Of a DNA stretch of 64,000 nt, positions 19,357 through 29,779 are shown piece by piece. A program made the position numbers and the translations under genes. Source of the stretch: Candidatus Eiseniibacteriota bacterium (GTDB taxonomy: Bacteria > Eisenbacteria > RBG-16-71-46 > SZUA-252); contig OY969801.1 in NCBI GenBank assembly GCA_963703225.1, positions 1,632,001 through 1,696,000 on the forward strand. The letters are read 5' to 3'. Under the pieces are notes generated by a model. That model searched no databases. It was not told the DNA's origin and was given only the letters and a program-made list of their open reading frames with translations. How positions within the stretch are numbered: position 1 is the first letter of the stretch; the number at the start of each line of letters is the position of its first letter.

Positions 19357-20232
19357 TCAACGCCGCCGCGCGCGCGCCTCGAAGTGTCGGATCAAGGCCG
19401 GCGCCGCGGGCGCGTCGGTGGGAATGGCGATGCGGCCCGCCCGCCCGCGAATGAGCGTGTCGGAGAGGGACCGCATCCGCCGTGCGCGGGTCGCCCGCCA
19501 CTCGTTTCGAGCGCGCCGGCCCCCCAGATCGACCCACGCCGTACGGCCGGTTTCGAGATCCCTCGCCAGCAGCAGCCCCGACGGCGGGAGGGTGCCCTCG
19601 AGCGGGTCCGACACTTCCAGGCTCACCAGCTCGTGACGCCGGCCGAGATGAACGAGCGCCCGATCGAAGTCTCCATCCATCCAGTCGGAGACGACGAACA
19701 CGATCGCTCGCCTCCGGAGCACCCGCCCGAGAAAGGAGAGCGCCTGCGACAGATCGGTGCCCGCTCCCTGGGGCTCGTAGGCGACCATCTCGCGAACGAT
19801 GCGGAGCGCGCGCGCCCGGCTCTTGGACGGCGGCAGATAGAGCTCGACCCGATCGGTGAAGAGAAGAAGCCCGACGCGATCCCGGTTTCTCGCCGCGGCG
19901 AGGGCGATGAGCGCGCCCGCCTCGGCCGCGGCCTCGCGCTTGGTCCGGGCTTTACTCCCGAACGCGAGCGACCCGGAGAGGTCGATCGCGACCACCACCG
20001 TCAGCTCCCGCTCCTCGTCGAACCGCTTGATGAAGGGACGCCCCACCCGTGCCGTGACGTTCCAGTCGATCGCGCGGATGTCGTCGCCGGGGACGTATTC
20101 GCGGACCTCCGCGAATTCCAGACCGTGGCCCCGGAACGCGCTCCTGTAGGCTCCCGAGAAGACCGCCTCGACCGCCCGTCGGCTCCGAATCGTGAGGCGG
20201 CGTACCTGCGCGAGGAGCTCGGGGGTGATCAC
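19357..20232 (-). CDS. DUF58 domain protein
   Basis: GLEFAEVREYVPGDDIRAIDWNVTAR, EERE, DLSGS. Confidence 0.95.
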   Translation of the reverse strand: MITPELLAQVRRLTIRSRRAVEAVFSGAYRSAFRGHGLEFAEVREYVPGDDIRAIDWNVTARVGRPFIKRFDEERELTVVVAIDLSGSLAFGSKARTKREAAAEAGALIALAAARNRDRVGLLLFTDRVELYLPPSKSRARALRIVREMVAYEPQGAGTDLSQALSFLGRVLRRRAIVFVVSDWMDGDFDRALVHLGRRHELVSLEVSDPLEGTLPPSGLLLARDLETGRTAWVDLGGRRARNEWRATRARRMRSLSDTLIRGRAGRIAIPTDAPAAPALIRHFEARARRR

Positions 20233-21224
20233 GGGACTTCGACGCGGGCGAGGATTCGCCGGGTCACCTCGTCGACCGGCACGCCCTCGGCTTCAGCCTC
20301 GTACGTGAGGAGGATGCGGTGCCGGAACACATCCGGCGCGAGGGTCTTGATGTCGTCGGGCGTCACGTAGGCCCGCCCCTCGAGGAACGCGTGCGCCCGA
20401 CCCCCGCGGGCCAGCGCCAGGGTGGCGCGCGGCGAGGCCCCGTACTGGATCAGGGGCCGTAGATCGAGACCGAATCGCTCGGGCTCGCGCGTCGCGTGGA
20501 CCAGATCGACGATGTACCGGCGAATCCGCTCGTCGAGGTAGATGCCGTGGACCGAGCGTCGCGAAGCGAGGATCCGCTCCACGCCCACCACCGGCCGCGG
20601 CGGCGCGGGCGGCTCCCCACCCATTCGGTCGAGGATGCGTCCCTCCTCCTCCGGACTCGGGTAGCCGACCCGAATCTTGAGGAGGAAGCGATCCATCTGC
20701 GCCTCGGGCAGTGGATAGGTTCCCTCCTGCTCGATGGGGTTTTGCGTCGCCAAGACCCAGAAGAGCGAGTCGAGCGGATAGGTCTTGTCGCCGATCGTCA
20801 CCTGCCGCTCCTGCATGGATTCCAATAGCGCGCTCTGGACCTTGGCCGGGGCGCGGTTGATCTCGTCGGCGAGAAGGATCTGGGTGAAGATCGGTCCAAG
20901 CTTGGGAGTGAACCCGCCGCTCTTGGGATCGAAGATCAACGTCCCCGTCAGGTCGGCCGGGAGAAGATCGGGCGTGAACTGGATGCGGCGGAACGTCGCC
21001 TCGATGGAATCGGCGACCGTCTTGACGGCGAGGGTCTTCGCGAGGCCCGGAACTCCCTCCAGAAGAAGGTGGCCGTCCGCGAGGAGGCCCACCAGGATCC
21101 GGCGCACCATTTCGCGCTGCCCGACGATGGTGCCCTCGATCTCGCTCAAGAGCGGCGAGATGAAGGCGCTTTCATCCCGCACCCGGGCCGTGCGCTCTTC
21201 GAGGCTCAATTCGCTCAAGGTCAT
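20229..21224 (-). CDS. moxR: MoxR family AAA+ ATPase
   Basis: EGVPGLAKT, RIQFTPDLLP, DEINRAPAKVQSALLE, ATQNPIEQEGTYPLPEAQMDRF. Confidence 0.95.
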   Translation of the reverse strand: MTLSELSLEERTARVRDESAFISPLLSEIEGTIVGQREMVRRILVGLLADGHLLLEGVPGLAKTLAVKTVADSIEATFRRIQFTPDLLPADLTGTLIFDPKSGGFTPKLGPIFTQILLADEINRAPAKVQSALLESMQERQVTIGDKTYPLDSLFWVLATQNPIEQEGTYPLPEAQMDRFLLKIRVGYPSPEEEGRILDRMGGEPPAPPRPVVGVERILASRRSVHGIYLDERIRRYIVDLVHATREPERFGLDLRPLIQYGASPRATLALARGGRAHAFLEGRAYVTPDDIKTLAPDVFRHRILLTYEAEAEGVPVDEVTRRILARVEVP

Positions 21225-21238
21225 GATCGTGGAGTGCG

Positions 21239-22525
21239 CTAGGCCCCGCGGTTGGGATAGAGAGGGTAGGCGGCACAAAGATCGGCGACCTGCTTGCGGA
21301 TCTTCGCGAGCGCGCCCTCGTCGGCGCGGCGCTTGAGGGCTTCGTCGATCCAGCCCCCCAGCATCCGGAACTCAGCCTCGCCCGGCCCTCGGGTCGTCAC
21401 GGCCGCCGTTCCGATCCGGATCCCGCTGGTGACGGCCGGGGGCCTCGGATCGTCGGGCACGGCGTTCTTGTTCACGGTGATCCCCGCCTTGTGGAGCGCG
21501 TCCTCGGCTTCCGCCCCGGAAATGTCCGTCCCCTTGAAATCGACCAGGAGCAGGTGGTTGTCGGTCCCGCCGGTCACCAGCTTGTAACCCCGCGCCGTCA
21601 GCTCCGTCGCCAGAACCTTCGCGTTGGCCACGACCTGGCGGGCGTAGGCCCTGAACTCCGGGGTAGCCGCCTCCTTGAAGCAGACCGCCTTGGCCGCGAT
21701 CATGTGCATCAACGGGCCGCCCTGCATGCCTGGAAATACCGATTTATCAATCGCTTTGGCGAACTTGCTCTTGCAAAGAATGAGCCCACTCCGGGGGCCC
21801 CGGAGGGTCTTGTGGGTGGTGGAGGTCACCACGTCGGCGAGCGGAACGGGATTGGGGTGGACGCCCCCCGCGACGAGCCCCGCCACGTGGGCCATGTCGA
21901 CCACGAGCGCCGCACCCACCTCGTCCGCGATCGCGCGGAGCCGCGGGAAGTCAAAGAACCGCGGATAGGCGCTCGCGCCCGCGACAATTACCTTTGGAAG
22001 ATGCTCCCGCGCCAGCTGGGCGACCTGCTCGTAGTCGAGGAGGCCGGTCTCGCGGGAGAGACCGTATTGAACCGGTCGGAAGAGAATCCCCGAATAGCTG
22101 ACCTTGTGTCCGTGGGTCAGGTGGCCGCCGTGGGCGAGCGCCATACCGAGGAGCGTCGATCCCGGCGGCATGAGCGCCAAGTAGGCCGCCAGGTTGGCCT
22201 GCGCCCCCGCGTGCGGCTGGACGTTGGCGTGCTCCGCGCCGAAGAGCGCCTTGGCCCGCTCGATGGCGAGCGTCTCGGCTTGGTCGACGAACTCGCACCC
22301 GCCGTAATAGCGTTTGCCGGGATACCCTTCGGCGTACTTGTTGGTGAGCGGGGAGCCCATCGCCTCGAGCACCGCCTCGCTCACGAAATTCTCGGAGGCG
22401 ATCAGCTCCAGAGTCGACTGCTGGCGCCGGACCTCGTCCCGGATCGCCGCGGCGATCTCGGGATCGACGGCGCTGAGGGGCGCGTCCTGCGCGGCCGAGC
22501 GGGTTGTCTCCACCGGGCGGGTCAT
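21239..22525 (-). CDS. glyA: serine hydroxymethyltransferase
   Basis: [29 protein letters not shown]. Confidence 0.97.
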   Translation of the reverse strand: MTRPVETTRSAAQDAPLSAVDPEIAAAIRDEVRRQQSTLELIASENFVSEAVLEAMGSPLTNKYAEGYPGKRYYGGCEFVDQAETLAIERAKALFGAEHANVQPHAGAQANLAAYLALMPPGSTLLGMALAHGGHLTHGHKVSYSGILFRPVQYGLSRETGLLDYEQVAQLAREHLPKVIVAGASAYPRFFDFPRLRAIADEVGAALVVDMAHVAGLVAGGVHPNPVPLADVVTSTTHKTLRGPRSGLILCKSKFAKAIDKSVFPGMQGGPLMHMIAAKAVCFKEAATPEFRAYARQVVANAKVLATELTARGYKLVTGGTDNHLLLVDFKGTDISGAEAEDALHKAGITVNKNAVPDDPRPPAVTSGIRIGTAAVTTRGPGEAEFRMLGGWIDEALKRRADEGALAKIRKQVADLCAAYPLYPNRGA

Positions 22526-22547
22526 TCGCGGGCCGTCGGCGGTCGGA

Positions 22548-23510
22548 TCAGCGGGCTTTCTTCGCCGCGCGCTGGACCTTGTCCTTGGCCTCCACCGCGA
22601 AGAGCCACCCGTGGCGGTCGCGGGCACGGCCCTCGATGATATCGAAGAAGGAATCTTGAAGGCGCCGCGTCACCGGGCCGACCGTCCCGCTTCCCACCTT
22701 CATCTTGTCGATGGAGTTGATCGGCGTGATCTCGGCGGCGGTCCCGGTGAAGAAGACTTCGTCCGCGATGTAGAGAGCCTCGCGCGGAATTTGATCCTCA
22801 CGCACCTCGTATCCCAGATCGCGAGCCAGCTCGATCACGGTCTCTCGTGTGATGCCCGGAAGAATCGCGTTCGCAAGCGTCGGCGTCTGCAGCACTCCGT
22901 TTCGGACGAGGAAGATATTCTCCCCGCTCCCCTCGGCGACGTAGCCGAAGGAGTCCAGCGCGATCCCCTCTTCGTACCCATCGGTGATCGCTTCGAGCTT
23001 GATGAGCTGGCTGTTCATGTAATTGGCGCCCGTCTTGGCCATGTAGGGGAAGGTGTCGGGAGCGGCGCGACGCCAGGACGAAACCTTGACCGAAATGCCC
23101 CGCGTGAGCGCGTCCTTGCCCAGATACTTCCCCCAGTTCAGCGTCGCGATGGCGACGTCGACGGGCACGCCCGTGGGATTGACGCCCAACGTCTTGAAGC
23201 CGCGATAGACGACCGGCCGGATGTAGCACGCCTCGCCTCCGTTTCGGCGCACGGTCTCTCGGACCGCCTCCATCAACTCGTCGAACGAGTAGGGGCAGTC
23301 GATCCGGGAGATCTTGCACGAGTCGAGGAGCCGCTGGACGTGGCGATCGAGGCGGAATACCGCGGTCCCGCGCGGCGTGGCGTAGGCACGGATGCCCTCG
23401 AACGCGCTGGAGCCGTAGTGCACGACGTGCGAAAGGACGTGAATCTTGGCGTCCTCGTACGGGACGAACTTGCCATTCATCCAGATGAACGAATTGGATT
23501 CTCGCGCCAT
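22548..23510 (-). CDS. ilvE: branched-chain amino acid aminotransferase
   Basis: [45 protein letters not shown]. Confidence 0.95.
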   Translation of the reverse strand: MARESNSFIWMNGKFVPYEDAKIHVLSHVVHYGSSAFEGIRAYATPRGTAVFRLDRHVQRLLDSCKISRIDCPYSFDELMEAVRETVRRNGGEACYIRPVVYRGFKTLGVNPTGVPVDVAIATLNWGKYLGKDALTRGISVKVSSWRRAAPDTFPYMAKTGANYMNSQLIKLEAITDGYEEGIALDSFGYVAEGSGENIFLVRNGVLQTPTLANAILPGITRETVIELARDLGYEVREDQIPREALYIADEVFFTGTAAEITPINSIDKMKVGSGTVGPVTRRLQDSFFDIIEGRARDRHGWLFAVEAKDKVQRAAKKAR

Positions 23511-23548
23511 GCGCTCCTCCTTGGCCCGCCCTTCGGGGGCGCGCTGCT

Positions 23549-24040
23549 TCACCGCACGCCCTCGCTCCGCTCGGCCGCCTCGCGAATGTAAGGCAGCCAG
23601 CGGATCACGTGGCTCTCGATCCGCTTGAAGGCATCTTGGTACGCGGCGGCGGTGCCGCCGATGGGATCCTGCACTCCTAGCTCCGCGGGGTTCCCGGTTT
23701 CTCCGCCGGGCCTCGATATCAGACGGATCCGGTCGGCAGCCTCGGGTGCGAGCGCGCGGGCGCGCGCGACATGGTCCGGCTCCATGCAAAGAATCAAGTC
23801 CGACTCTCCCAAAAGCCCCGCCGTAAGCAGCGTGGCGCGGTGCTGGCGGATGTCGATCCCCCGCGCCGCGGCGGTCTCGACCGCGAGCGTGGTCGCGGGC
23901 ATCCCCTCCGGCGCCATCGTGCCGGCCGAGCGCACGACGACCTGCCCGGTCAGTTCGGAAGGAATCATCGAGCGCAAAATCCCTTCGGCCATGGGGCTAC
24001 GGCACGTGTTTCCGGTGCAGAGCATGAGAACCTGGAACAA
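23549..24040 (-). CDS. low-molecular-weight protein phosphatase, YwlE-like (probably pArg)
   Basis: P-loop CTGNTCRSPMAE and DPIG. Confidence 0.85.
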   Translation of the reverse strand: MFQVLMLCTGNTCRSPMAEGILRSMIPSELTGQVVVRSAGTMAPEGMPATTLAVETAAARGIDIRQHRATLLTAGLLGESDLILCMEPDHVARARALAPEAADRIRLISRPGGETGNPAELGVQDPIGGTAAAYQDAFKRIESHVIRWLPYIREAAERSEGVR

Positions 24041-24085
24041 GGAGCCTCGCCTCTGAGTCCTGTGGTGTGCGGACGAGAGTCGAGT

Positions 24086-24751
24086 TTACGAGGCGCTCCG
24101 GGGACCGTCAAGGGGCGCTTCCCCCACCACCACGGCGCCCTCTCGAAGGACGAGGACCGAATCTCCAGCCACCCGAACGATCGTGGAGGCAATGCCCGAG
24201 CGCGGGCCCTGATCGACGATGAGGTCCACCCCGTCGAGGGCCGCCTCTTCCGCGCGCGACGGGGGACGCGATCCAGGGGCATTCGCCGAAGTTGAAATCA
24301 GGAGACCGCCGCAAGAGCGGGTCACCGCGCGCAGGAAGTCGCTGCCCGGGCAGCGGAGCGCGATGGTGCCATCCGGGGCGCGGAGCGCCTCCGGGGCCGA
24401 GGAGGAGGCCGGGAGGACCAGCGTGAGCGGGCCGGGCCAATGCTCCCGCGCGAGATCAACCGCACGCTTGGGGACCGGCTCCGCGTAGCGCGTCAGGGCG
24501 TCCGGGTCGGCGATCAGGCCGATCCAGGCGCGGCTTCCATCTCCCGGCTTGAGCCCTCGCAGACGTTGGACGGCGGCGGGGTGGTCGGGTCGCAGGTGGA
24601 GGCCGTAGAGCCCCTCGGCCGGGAGGACGGCGATGCCGCCGGCGTTGAGCACCGAGGCCGCGCGCGACACCGCGTCCGCCCAGGCCGCGGCGCCCGTTCC
24701 GGGGGGCCCGCCCTCGCCTTCTCGCCAGGCGGCCAGGAGAATCCGCTCCAT
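24086..24751 (-). CDS. Sua5/YrdC (TsaC) family protein, divergent
   Basis: PAEGLYGL, WPGPLTLVL, STSAN, ASTIV, LREGA. Confidence 0.85.
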   Translation of the reverse strand: MERILLAAWREGEGGPPGTGAAAWADAVSRAASVLNAGGIAVLPAEGLYGLHLRPDHPAAVQRLRGLKPGDGSRAWIGLIADPDALTRYAEPVPKRAVDLAREHWPGPLTLVLPASSSAPEALRAPDGTIALRCPGSDFLRAVTRSCGGLLISTSANAPGSRPPSRAEEAALDGVDLIVDQGPRSGIASTIVRVAGDSVLVLREGAVVVGEAPLDGPRSAS

Positions 24752-24762
24752 GGCCGCGGCGC

Positions 24763-25239
24763 TCAGAGCTTCTCGCCCCGCGCGAGCCGCTGCTTCAAAT
24801 CCTCCAGCTTGAGCCTGAGCGCGGGATCGGCGAGCGCGAGGATCTGAACGGCGAGGACCGCGGCATTCTTGGCGCCGGCCGAGCCGATCGCCACCGTCGC
24901 CACCGGGACGCCGGCGGGCATCTGGACTGTGGAGTAGAGGGCATCGACCCCCTGAAGGGGCGACCCGTCCAACGGGACCCCGATCACCGGGAGCGACGTG
25001 TGGGCCGCCACGGCGCCGGCGAGGTGGTTCGCCATTCCCGCCGCGGCAATGAAGACCTCCACGCCCCTTCCCGGCGCCCCGTGGACGATCTCGCGCACCC
25101 GGTCGGGGCTTCGATGCGCGGAGGCCTGCTCCATCTCGTGCGCCACGCCGAAAGAATCGAGAATGCGGGCGGCCTCCTCCATGGTGGATCGGTCGGATTC
25201 GCTCCCAAACAGGATCGCGACACGCGGCTTAGCGCTCAT
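24763..25239 (-). CDS. purE: N5-CAIR mutase PurE
   Basis: GSESD, SAHRSP, VQMPAGVPVATV. Confidence 0.95.
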   Translation of the reverse strand: MSAKPRVAILFGSESDRSTMEEAARILDSFGVAHEMEQASAHRSPDRVREIVHGAPGRGVEVFIAAAGMANHLAGAVAAHTSLPVIGVPLDGSPLQGVDALYSTVQMPAGVPVATVAIGSAGAKNAAVLAVQILALADPALRLKLEDLKQRLARGEKL

Positions 25240-26536
25240 CGGCTCTCGCTCCGGAGGGTTGGGGCATGACGGCGATATCCCGCCGATACTGCATTCCGTC
25301 GAATCGTATCCGCTTCACGGCGGCGTAGGCCGCCTCCCGAGCCCGTTCGATGGTTTCGGAGCGCGCCGTCACGCCGAGGACCCGGCCCCCGCTCGTCACC
25401 CAGCGCGTGCCGCGCCGGTCGATGCCCGCGCAGAACACCCGGACCCCGTGGGGCCAGGGGCCGTCGAGCCCCTCGATGACGTCCCCCGTCTCGGGATTTC
25501 CAGGGTAGCCCCGCGCTGCCAGAACGACGCAGACCGCCGCGCCCGTGTGCGCCACGAAGGTCCCATGCCGCGCGGCCGGGAGCGCCCCCCGCGCGGCCGC
25601 GAGAAAGAGCGGGTAGAGGTCCTCCGCCGCCAGCGGGAGCACGACCTGCGCCTCGGGATCGCCGAAGCGCGCGTTGATCTCGAGCACCATCGGGCCCGAC
25701 GCCGTGAGCATGAGCCCAAGATAGAGGATGCCGCGATACGGCGTGTTGGCCTCTCGGAGCGAGCGGAGGAGCGGCTCGACGAACCGGCGCGCGATCGCGA
25801 GCGCCTCGGGCGCGGTGGGCACGCGGGCCGGGGCGAAGGTCCCCATGCCTCCGGTGTTCGGCCCCGTATCTCCGTCGCCGATCCGCTTGTGGTCTCGCGC
25901 CGGGGGAAAGAGCATCCACCGCTCGCCGTCGGTCAGGACGAGCACCGAGGTCTCCTCCCCTTCGAGACACTCTTCCACGATGAGGGTCCGCGCCGCGTCC
26001 CCGAGGGCGCCGCGCCGCATCCAGGCCTCGATCGTTTCCCGCGCCGCGGCCAGGTTCTGCGCGATGACGACGCCCTTTCCGGCCGCCAACCCGTCCGCCT
26101 TGAGCACGAGGGGATACGCGGCTCCATCGACGAGGCGCTCCGCTTCCTCCGCCGACTCCGCGACGCGGAACGCGGCGGTCGGCAAGCCCAGGCGGCGCAG
26201 GACCTCCTTGGTGTGCCTCTTGCTCGTCTCTAGGCGGGCCGCTTCGCGCACCGGGCCGAGCACGGGAATCCCCGCGGACGCAAGCTCATCGGCGAGGCCC
26301 AGCCCGAGGGGCGCTTCGGAGCCGGCGATGACAAGGTCCACCGAATGCGCCTTGCTCCAGTCCACGATCCGGGGAACGTCCGTCGCCGGGATCGAAACGC
26401 GCTCGGCGATCGACTCCATGCCCGGATTCCCCGGGGCCACGTACAAGCGCGGATGCTCGGCCGAAGCGTGGAGCGCGTCCAGGATCGCGTGTTCCCGTCC
26501 GCCCTGGCCCACGACCAGGACGCGCGGGTCCATCAC
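25229..26536 (-). CDS. purD: phosphoribosylamine-glycine ligase
   Basis: GGREHA, KADGLAAGKGV, DHKR...GPNTGGMG, EINARFGDPE. Confidence 0.97.
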   Translation of the reverse strand: MMDPRVLVVGQGGREHAILDALHASAEHPRLYVAPGNPGMESIAERVSIPATDVPRIVDWSKAHSVDLVIAGSEAPLGLGLADELASAGIPVLGPVREAARLETSKRHTKEVLRRLGLPTAAFRVAESAEEAERLVDGAAYPLVLKADGLAAGKGVVIAQNLAAARETIEAWMRRGALGDAARTLIVEECLEGEETSVLVLTDGERWMLFPPARDHKRIGDGDTGPNTGGMGTFAPARVPTAPEALAIARRFVEPLLRSLREANTPYRGILYLGLMLTASGPMVLEINARFGDPEAQVVLPLAAEDLYPLFLAAARGALPAARHGTFVAHTGAAVCVVLAARGYPGNPETGDVIEGLDGPWPHGVRVFCAGIDRRGTRWVTSGGRVLGVTARSETIERAREAAYAAVKRIRFDGMQYRRDIAVMPQPSGARADER

Positions 26537-28017
26537 TTCACCCCCGTCAGAACGGCCCGAAGCGCCGACTGGAGCTTCTCGGGGTGCGCGCGGCCGCGCG
26601 ATTGCTTCATCGCCTGACCGACGAGGAACGCGAAAGTCTTCTCCTTCCCCGCCCGGAATTCCGCGGCGGGTCCAGGATTGGCGGCGATCACTTCCATCGC
26701 CAACGCACGGAGCGCCCCCTCGTCGTCGATCGGAAGCAGGCCGTGGCGCTGGATCAGATCCTCGGGGGCGGCGGAGTCCTTGAGCATGAGCTCGAACACC
26801 TGCTTCGCGATCTTTCCCGAAATCTTCCCGTCCGCGATCAGGCGGACCATGTCGCCCAGGCGGTCGGAGCGAATCGGGAATTGCTCGATGGTGAGGCCGG
26901 CCTTGTTCCGGACCGCGTTGACCTCGGTCATGATCCAGTTGGAGGCGAGCTTGGGCTGCCCCGACCGGGCGGCTACTTCCTCATAGTAGGCCGCGAGTGC
27001 GCGGGTCTCGGTGAGCACGTCCGCGTCATACTCGGGAATCTTGTGCTCCCGAACCAGGCGCTCCCAGAGCTGCTGCGGCAGCTCCGGCAGCCGTGCCCGC
27101 ACCGACTCGATCCACTCCGGCGTGAGGTCGATCGGCAAGAGATCGGGCTCGGGAAAATAGCGGTAGTCGTGCGCCTCTTCCTTGCTCCGCATCGCCTCGG
27201 CGACGCCCCGCTCCGAGCTCCAGAGGAGGGTCTCCTGGACGACCCGCCCCCCCGCCTCGATCACCGCCACCTGCCGCTCGATCTCGAACGCGATGGCGCG
27301 ATCGACGAAACGGAACGAGTTCAGATTCTTGATCTCAGTCTTGGTCCCCAGCTCCTTCGCGCCCTTCGCCCGCACGGACACGTTCGCGTCGCAGCGGAGG
27401 CTCCCCTCCTCCATGTTCCCGTCGCAGACGTCGAGGTAGACGAGGAGTTGCCGCAGCCGCGCCATGTAGTCGGTGGCTTCCTCGCCCGACCTGATGTCGG
27501 GCTCAGAAACGATCTCGATCAGCGGGACGCCCGCCCGGTTCAGGTCGACCCGCGTCGTGTCGATCCCCTCCCGTCCCTCGGGGTGGATCGATTTGCCCGC
27601 GTCCTCTTCGAGATGGATCCGGACGAGGCCGATCGTCTTCCACGCGTCCCCCGAGCGGATCCGAAGCGACCCGCCCTCGCAGAGCGGACGGTCGTACTGC
27701 GAGATCTGGTAGCCTTTGGGAAGGTCGGGATAGAAGTAGTTCTTCCGGGCGAAGACGCTGCGCGTGGCGATCGTGGCCCCCACCGCGAGGCCCACCATCA
27801 CCGCGTCCACCACGGCCCGCTCGTTCAAGACCGGAAGCACGCCCGGAAGGCCGAGGCAGACCGGGCAGACCTGGGTATTGGGCTTGGCGCCGAACCGCGT
27901 CGAGCAGGAGCAGAAAATCTTGGATCGGGTCTTGAGCTGGGCGTGGACCTCGAGCCCGATCACCGGCTCGTAGCGGTCGCGCGCCCCGCTCACCGCGGGG
28001 GCAGAGGTCGCGCTCAC
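26533..28017 (-). CDS. gatB: Asp/Glu-tRNA amidotransferase subunit B
   Basis: IGLEVHAQL, RKNYFYPDLPKGYQISQ, GSLRCDANVS, DYRYFPEPDL. Confidence 0.97.
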   Translation of the reverse strand: MSATSAPAVSGARDRYEPVIGLEVHAQLKTRSKIFCSCSTRFGAKPNTQVCPVCLGLPGVLPVLNERAVVDAVMVGLAVGATIATRSVFARKNYFYPDLPKGYQISQYDRPLCEGGSLRIRSGDAWKTIGLVRIHLEEDAGKSIHPEGREGIDTTRVDLNRAGVPLIEIVSEPDIRSGEEATDYMARLRQLLVYLDVCDGNMEEGSLRCDANVSVRAKGAKELGTKTEIKNLNSFRFVDRAIAFEIERQVAVIEAGGRVVQETLLWSSERGVAEAMRSKEEAHDYRYFPEPDLLPIDLTPEWIESVRARLPELPQQLWERLVREHKIPEYDADVLTETRALAAYYEEVAARSGQPKLASNWIMTEVNAVRNKAGLTIEQFPIRSDRLGDMVRLIADGKISGKIAKQVFELMLKDSAAPEDLIQRHGLLPIDDEGALRALAMEVIAANPGPAAEFRAGKEKTFAFLVGQAMKQSRGRAHPEKLQSALRAVLTGVK

Positions 28018-29495
28018 GCGGCCTCCGAAAGCGCGATCGGGGGGAGCCGCCGCGCCGCGTCGCTCTGTTTCTCCCAAGCGCGTGCGACACGCAAAAGGGT
28101 CTCCTCGTCGAAGGGTCTCCCCGCGAGCTGGAGGCCGATCGGCAATCCCTGGCGCGTGAATCCCGCGGGGAACGACAGCGCCGGCACCCCCGCGAGCGAC
28201 GCGGGGATCGAGTAGATGTCGTTCAAGTACATCGCCAGCGGGTCATCCGATTTCTCGCCGATGGCGAAGGGGGGCGTCGGCGTGACCGGCAGCAAGAGCG
28301 CGTCGACCCGCTGGAACGCCTCGGTGAAATCCCGACGGATGAGCGTCCGGACGCGTTGGGCGCGGAGGTAGTAGGCGTCGTAGTAGCCGGCGGAGAGCGC
28401 GTACGTGCCGAGGAGGATCCGCCGCTTCACCTCCCGCCCGAAACCCTGGCCGCGCGTCGTCTCGTACATCCCCTTGAGGATTCCCTCGGGGATGCGCAAA
28501 CCGTACCGCACGCCGTCATACCGCGCCAGGTTGCTCGACGCCTCGGCCGGCGCGATCAGGTAATAGGTTGCGATCGCGTGGCGCGCGTGCGGCAGCGCCA
28601 CCTCCGACACCACCGCTCCCTCCGATACCAACGCCTTCGACACCGCGTCGAAGCAGCCGCGGATCTCGGGGTCGAGCCCTTCCCCCAAAAGCTCCGGCAC
28701 CACGCCGATCTTGAGCCCTCGGACCCCGCGCTCGAGGTTCTCCAGCGGGACGGACCGGGTCTCGGGACGGCTCGTCATGTCGCGCGCGTCGACCCCGGAG
28801 ATCACGTTGAAGAGGAGCGCCGCGTCGCGCGCGCTCGTCGCGAGCGGGCCGATCTGATCGAGCGACGAGGCGAACGCCACCAAGCCGTAGCGCGAGACCG
28901 CGCCGTAGGTCGGCTTGAGCCCGACCACGCCGCAGAAGGCGGCCGGCTGGCGCACCGAGCCCCCGGTGTCCGATCCGAGCGCGAGCGGCGCCTCCCGGGC
29001 CGCCACCGTGGCCGCCGAGCCTCCGCTCGAGCCCCCGGGGACGAGGGCCACGTTCCACGGATTGCGCGTCGGCTGGTAGGCTGAGTTCTCCGTCGATGAT
29101 CCCATCGCGAACTCATCGCAGTTCGTCTTGCCGAAGAGGATCGCCCCCGCGGCGCGCAGCCGCTCGATGACATGGGCGTCGTAGGGGGGGCGGTACCCTT
29201 CAAGAATTCGCGAGGCACAGGTCGTCGGGACGCCGCGAACGCAGATGTTGTCCTTGATCGCCACGGGGACTCCCGCCAGTGGGCCGAGCGAGTCCCCTCT
29301 CTTCTTCTTGCCGTCGATCTCGGCCGCCGACGTCACGATCGCGTCGGGTGCCAGGTCGAGGTACGTGCCGAGCTTGGCCGCCGTCCGGTCCGCCCGCGCG
29401 AGGAACGCCCGCGCGACTTCGACCGCGCTCCGATCCCCCGACGCGACCGAGCGCGCCAGGGACTCGGCCGATTCCTGTGTGAGATCGACGCTCAT
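28014..29495 (-). CDS. gatA: Asp/Glu-tRNA amidotransferase subunit A
   Basis: KDN, PGGSSGGS, GSDTGGSVRQPA, SNLARYDG. Confidence 0.97.
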   Translation of the reverse strand: MSVDLTQESAESLARSVASGDRSAVEVARAFLARADRTAAKLGTYLDLAPDAIVTSAAEIDGKKKRGDSLGPLAGVPVAIKDNICVRGVPTTCASRILEGYRPPYDAHVIERLRAAGAILFGKTNCDEFAMGSSTENSAYQPTRNPWNVALVPGGSSGGSAATVAAREAPLALGSDTGGSVRQPAAFCGVVGLKPTYGAVSRYGLVAFASSLDQIGPLATSARDAALLFNVISGVDARDMTSRPETRSVPLENLERGVRGLKIGVVPELLGEGLDPEIRGCFDAVSKALVSEGAVVSEVALPHARHAIATYYLIAPAEASSNLARYDGVRYGLRIPEGILKGMYETTRGQGFGREVKRRILLGTYALSAGYYDAYYLRAQRVRTLIRRDFTEAFQRVDALLLPVTPTPPFAIGEKSDDPLAMYLNDIYSIPASLAGVPALSFPAGFTRQGLPIGLQLAGRPFDEETLLRVARAWEKQSDAARRLPPIALSEAA

Positions 29496-29779
29496 ACGAC
29501 CCGCGGCACCCGGAAGTAGTCCCCGTCTCTATCGGGAGCCTGCTCCAGCGCCTCCTCCCGCACGCCCGCGTCGCGGTCCTCGTCGGGGCGGAGCGCGGGC
29601 GGCGTACCGGCGATCACGCTGCTCGTCGGCTCGATTCCCGAGACGTCGATCGACTGGAGCTGCTCCACGTAGGCCAGGATGGCCTGAAGCTCGCGGACAT
29701 AGCGCTCCTCCTCGGCGGGATCGACGTGAAGCCGCGCGAGCGCCGCGATATGGCGGACGGTTCCGCGATCAATCGGCAT
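29492..29779 (-). CDS. gatC: Asp/Glu-tRNA amidotransferase subunit C
   Basis: VRHIAALARL and YFRVPRV; directly upstream of gatA. Confidence 0.93.
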   Translation of the reverse strand: MPIDRGTVRHIAALARLHVDPAEEERYVRELQAILAYVEQLQSIDVSGIEPTSSVIAGTPPALRPDEDRDAGVREEALEQAPDRDGDYFRVPRVV

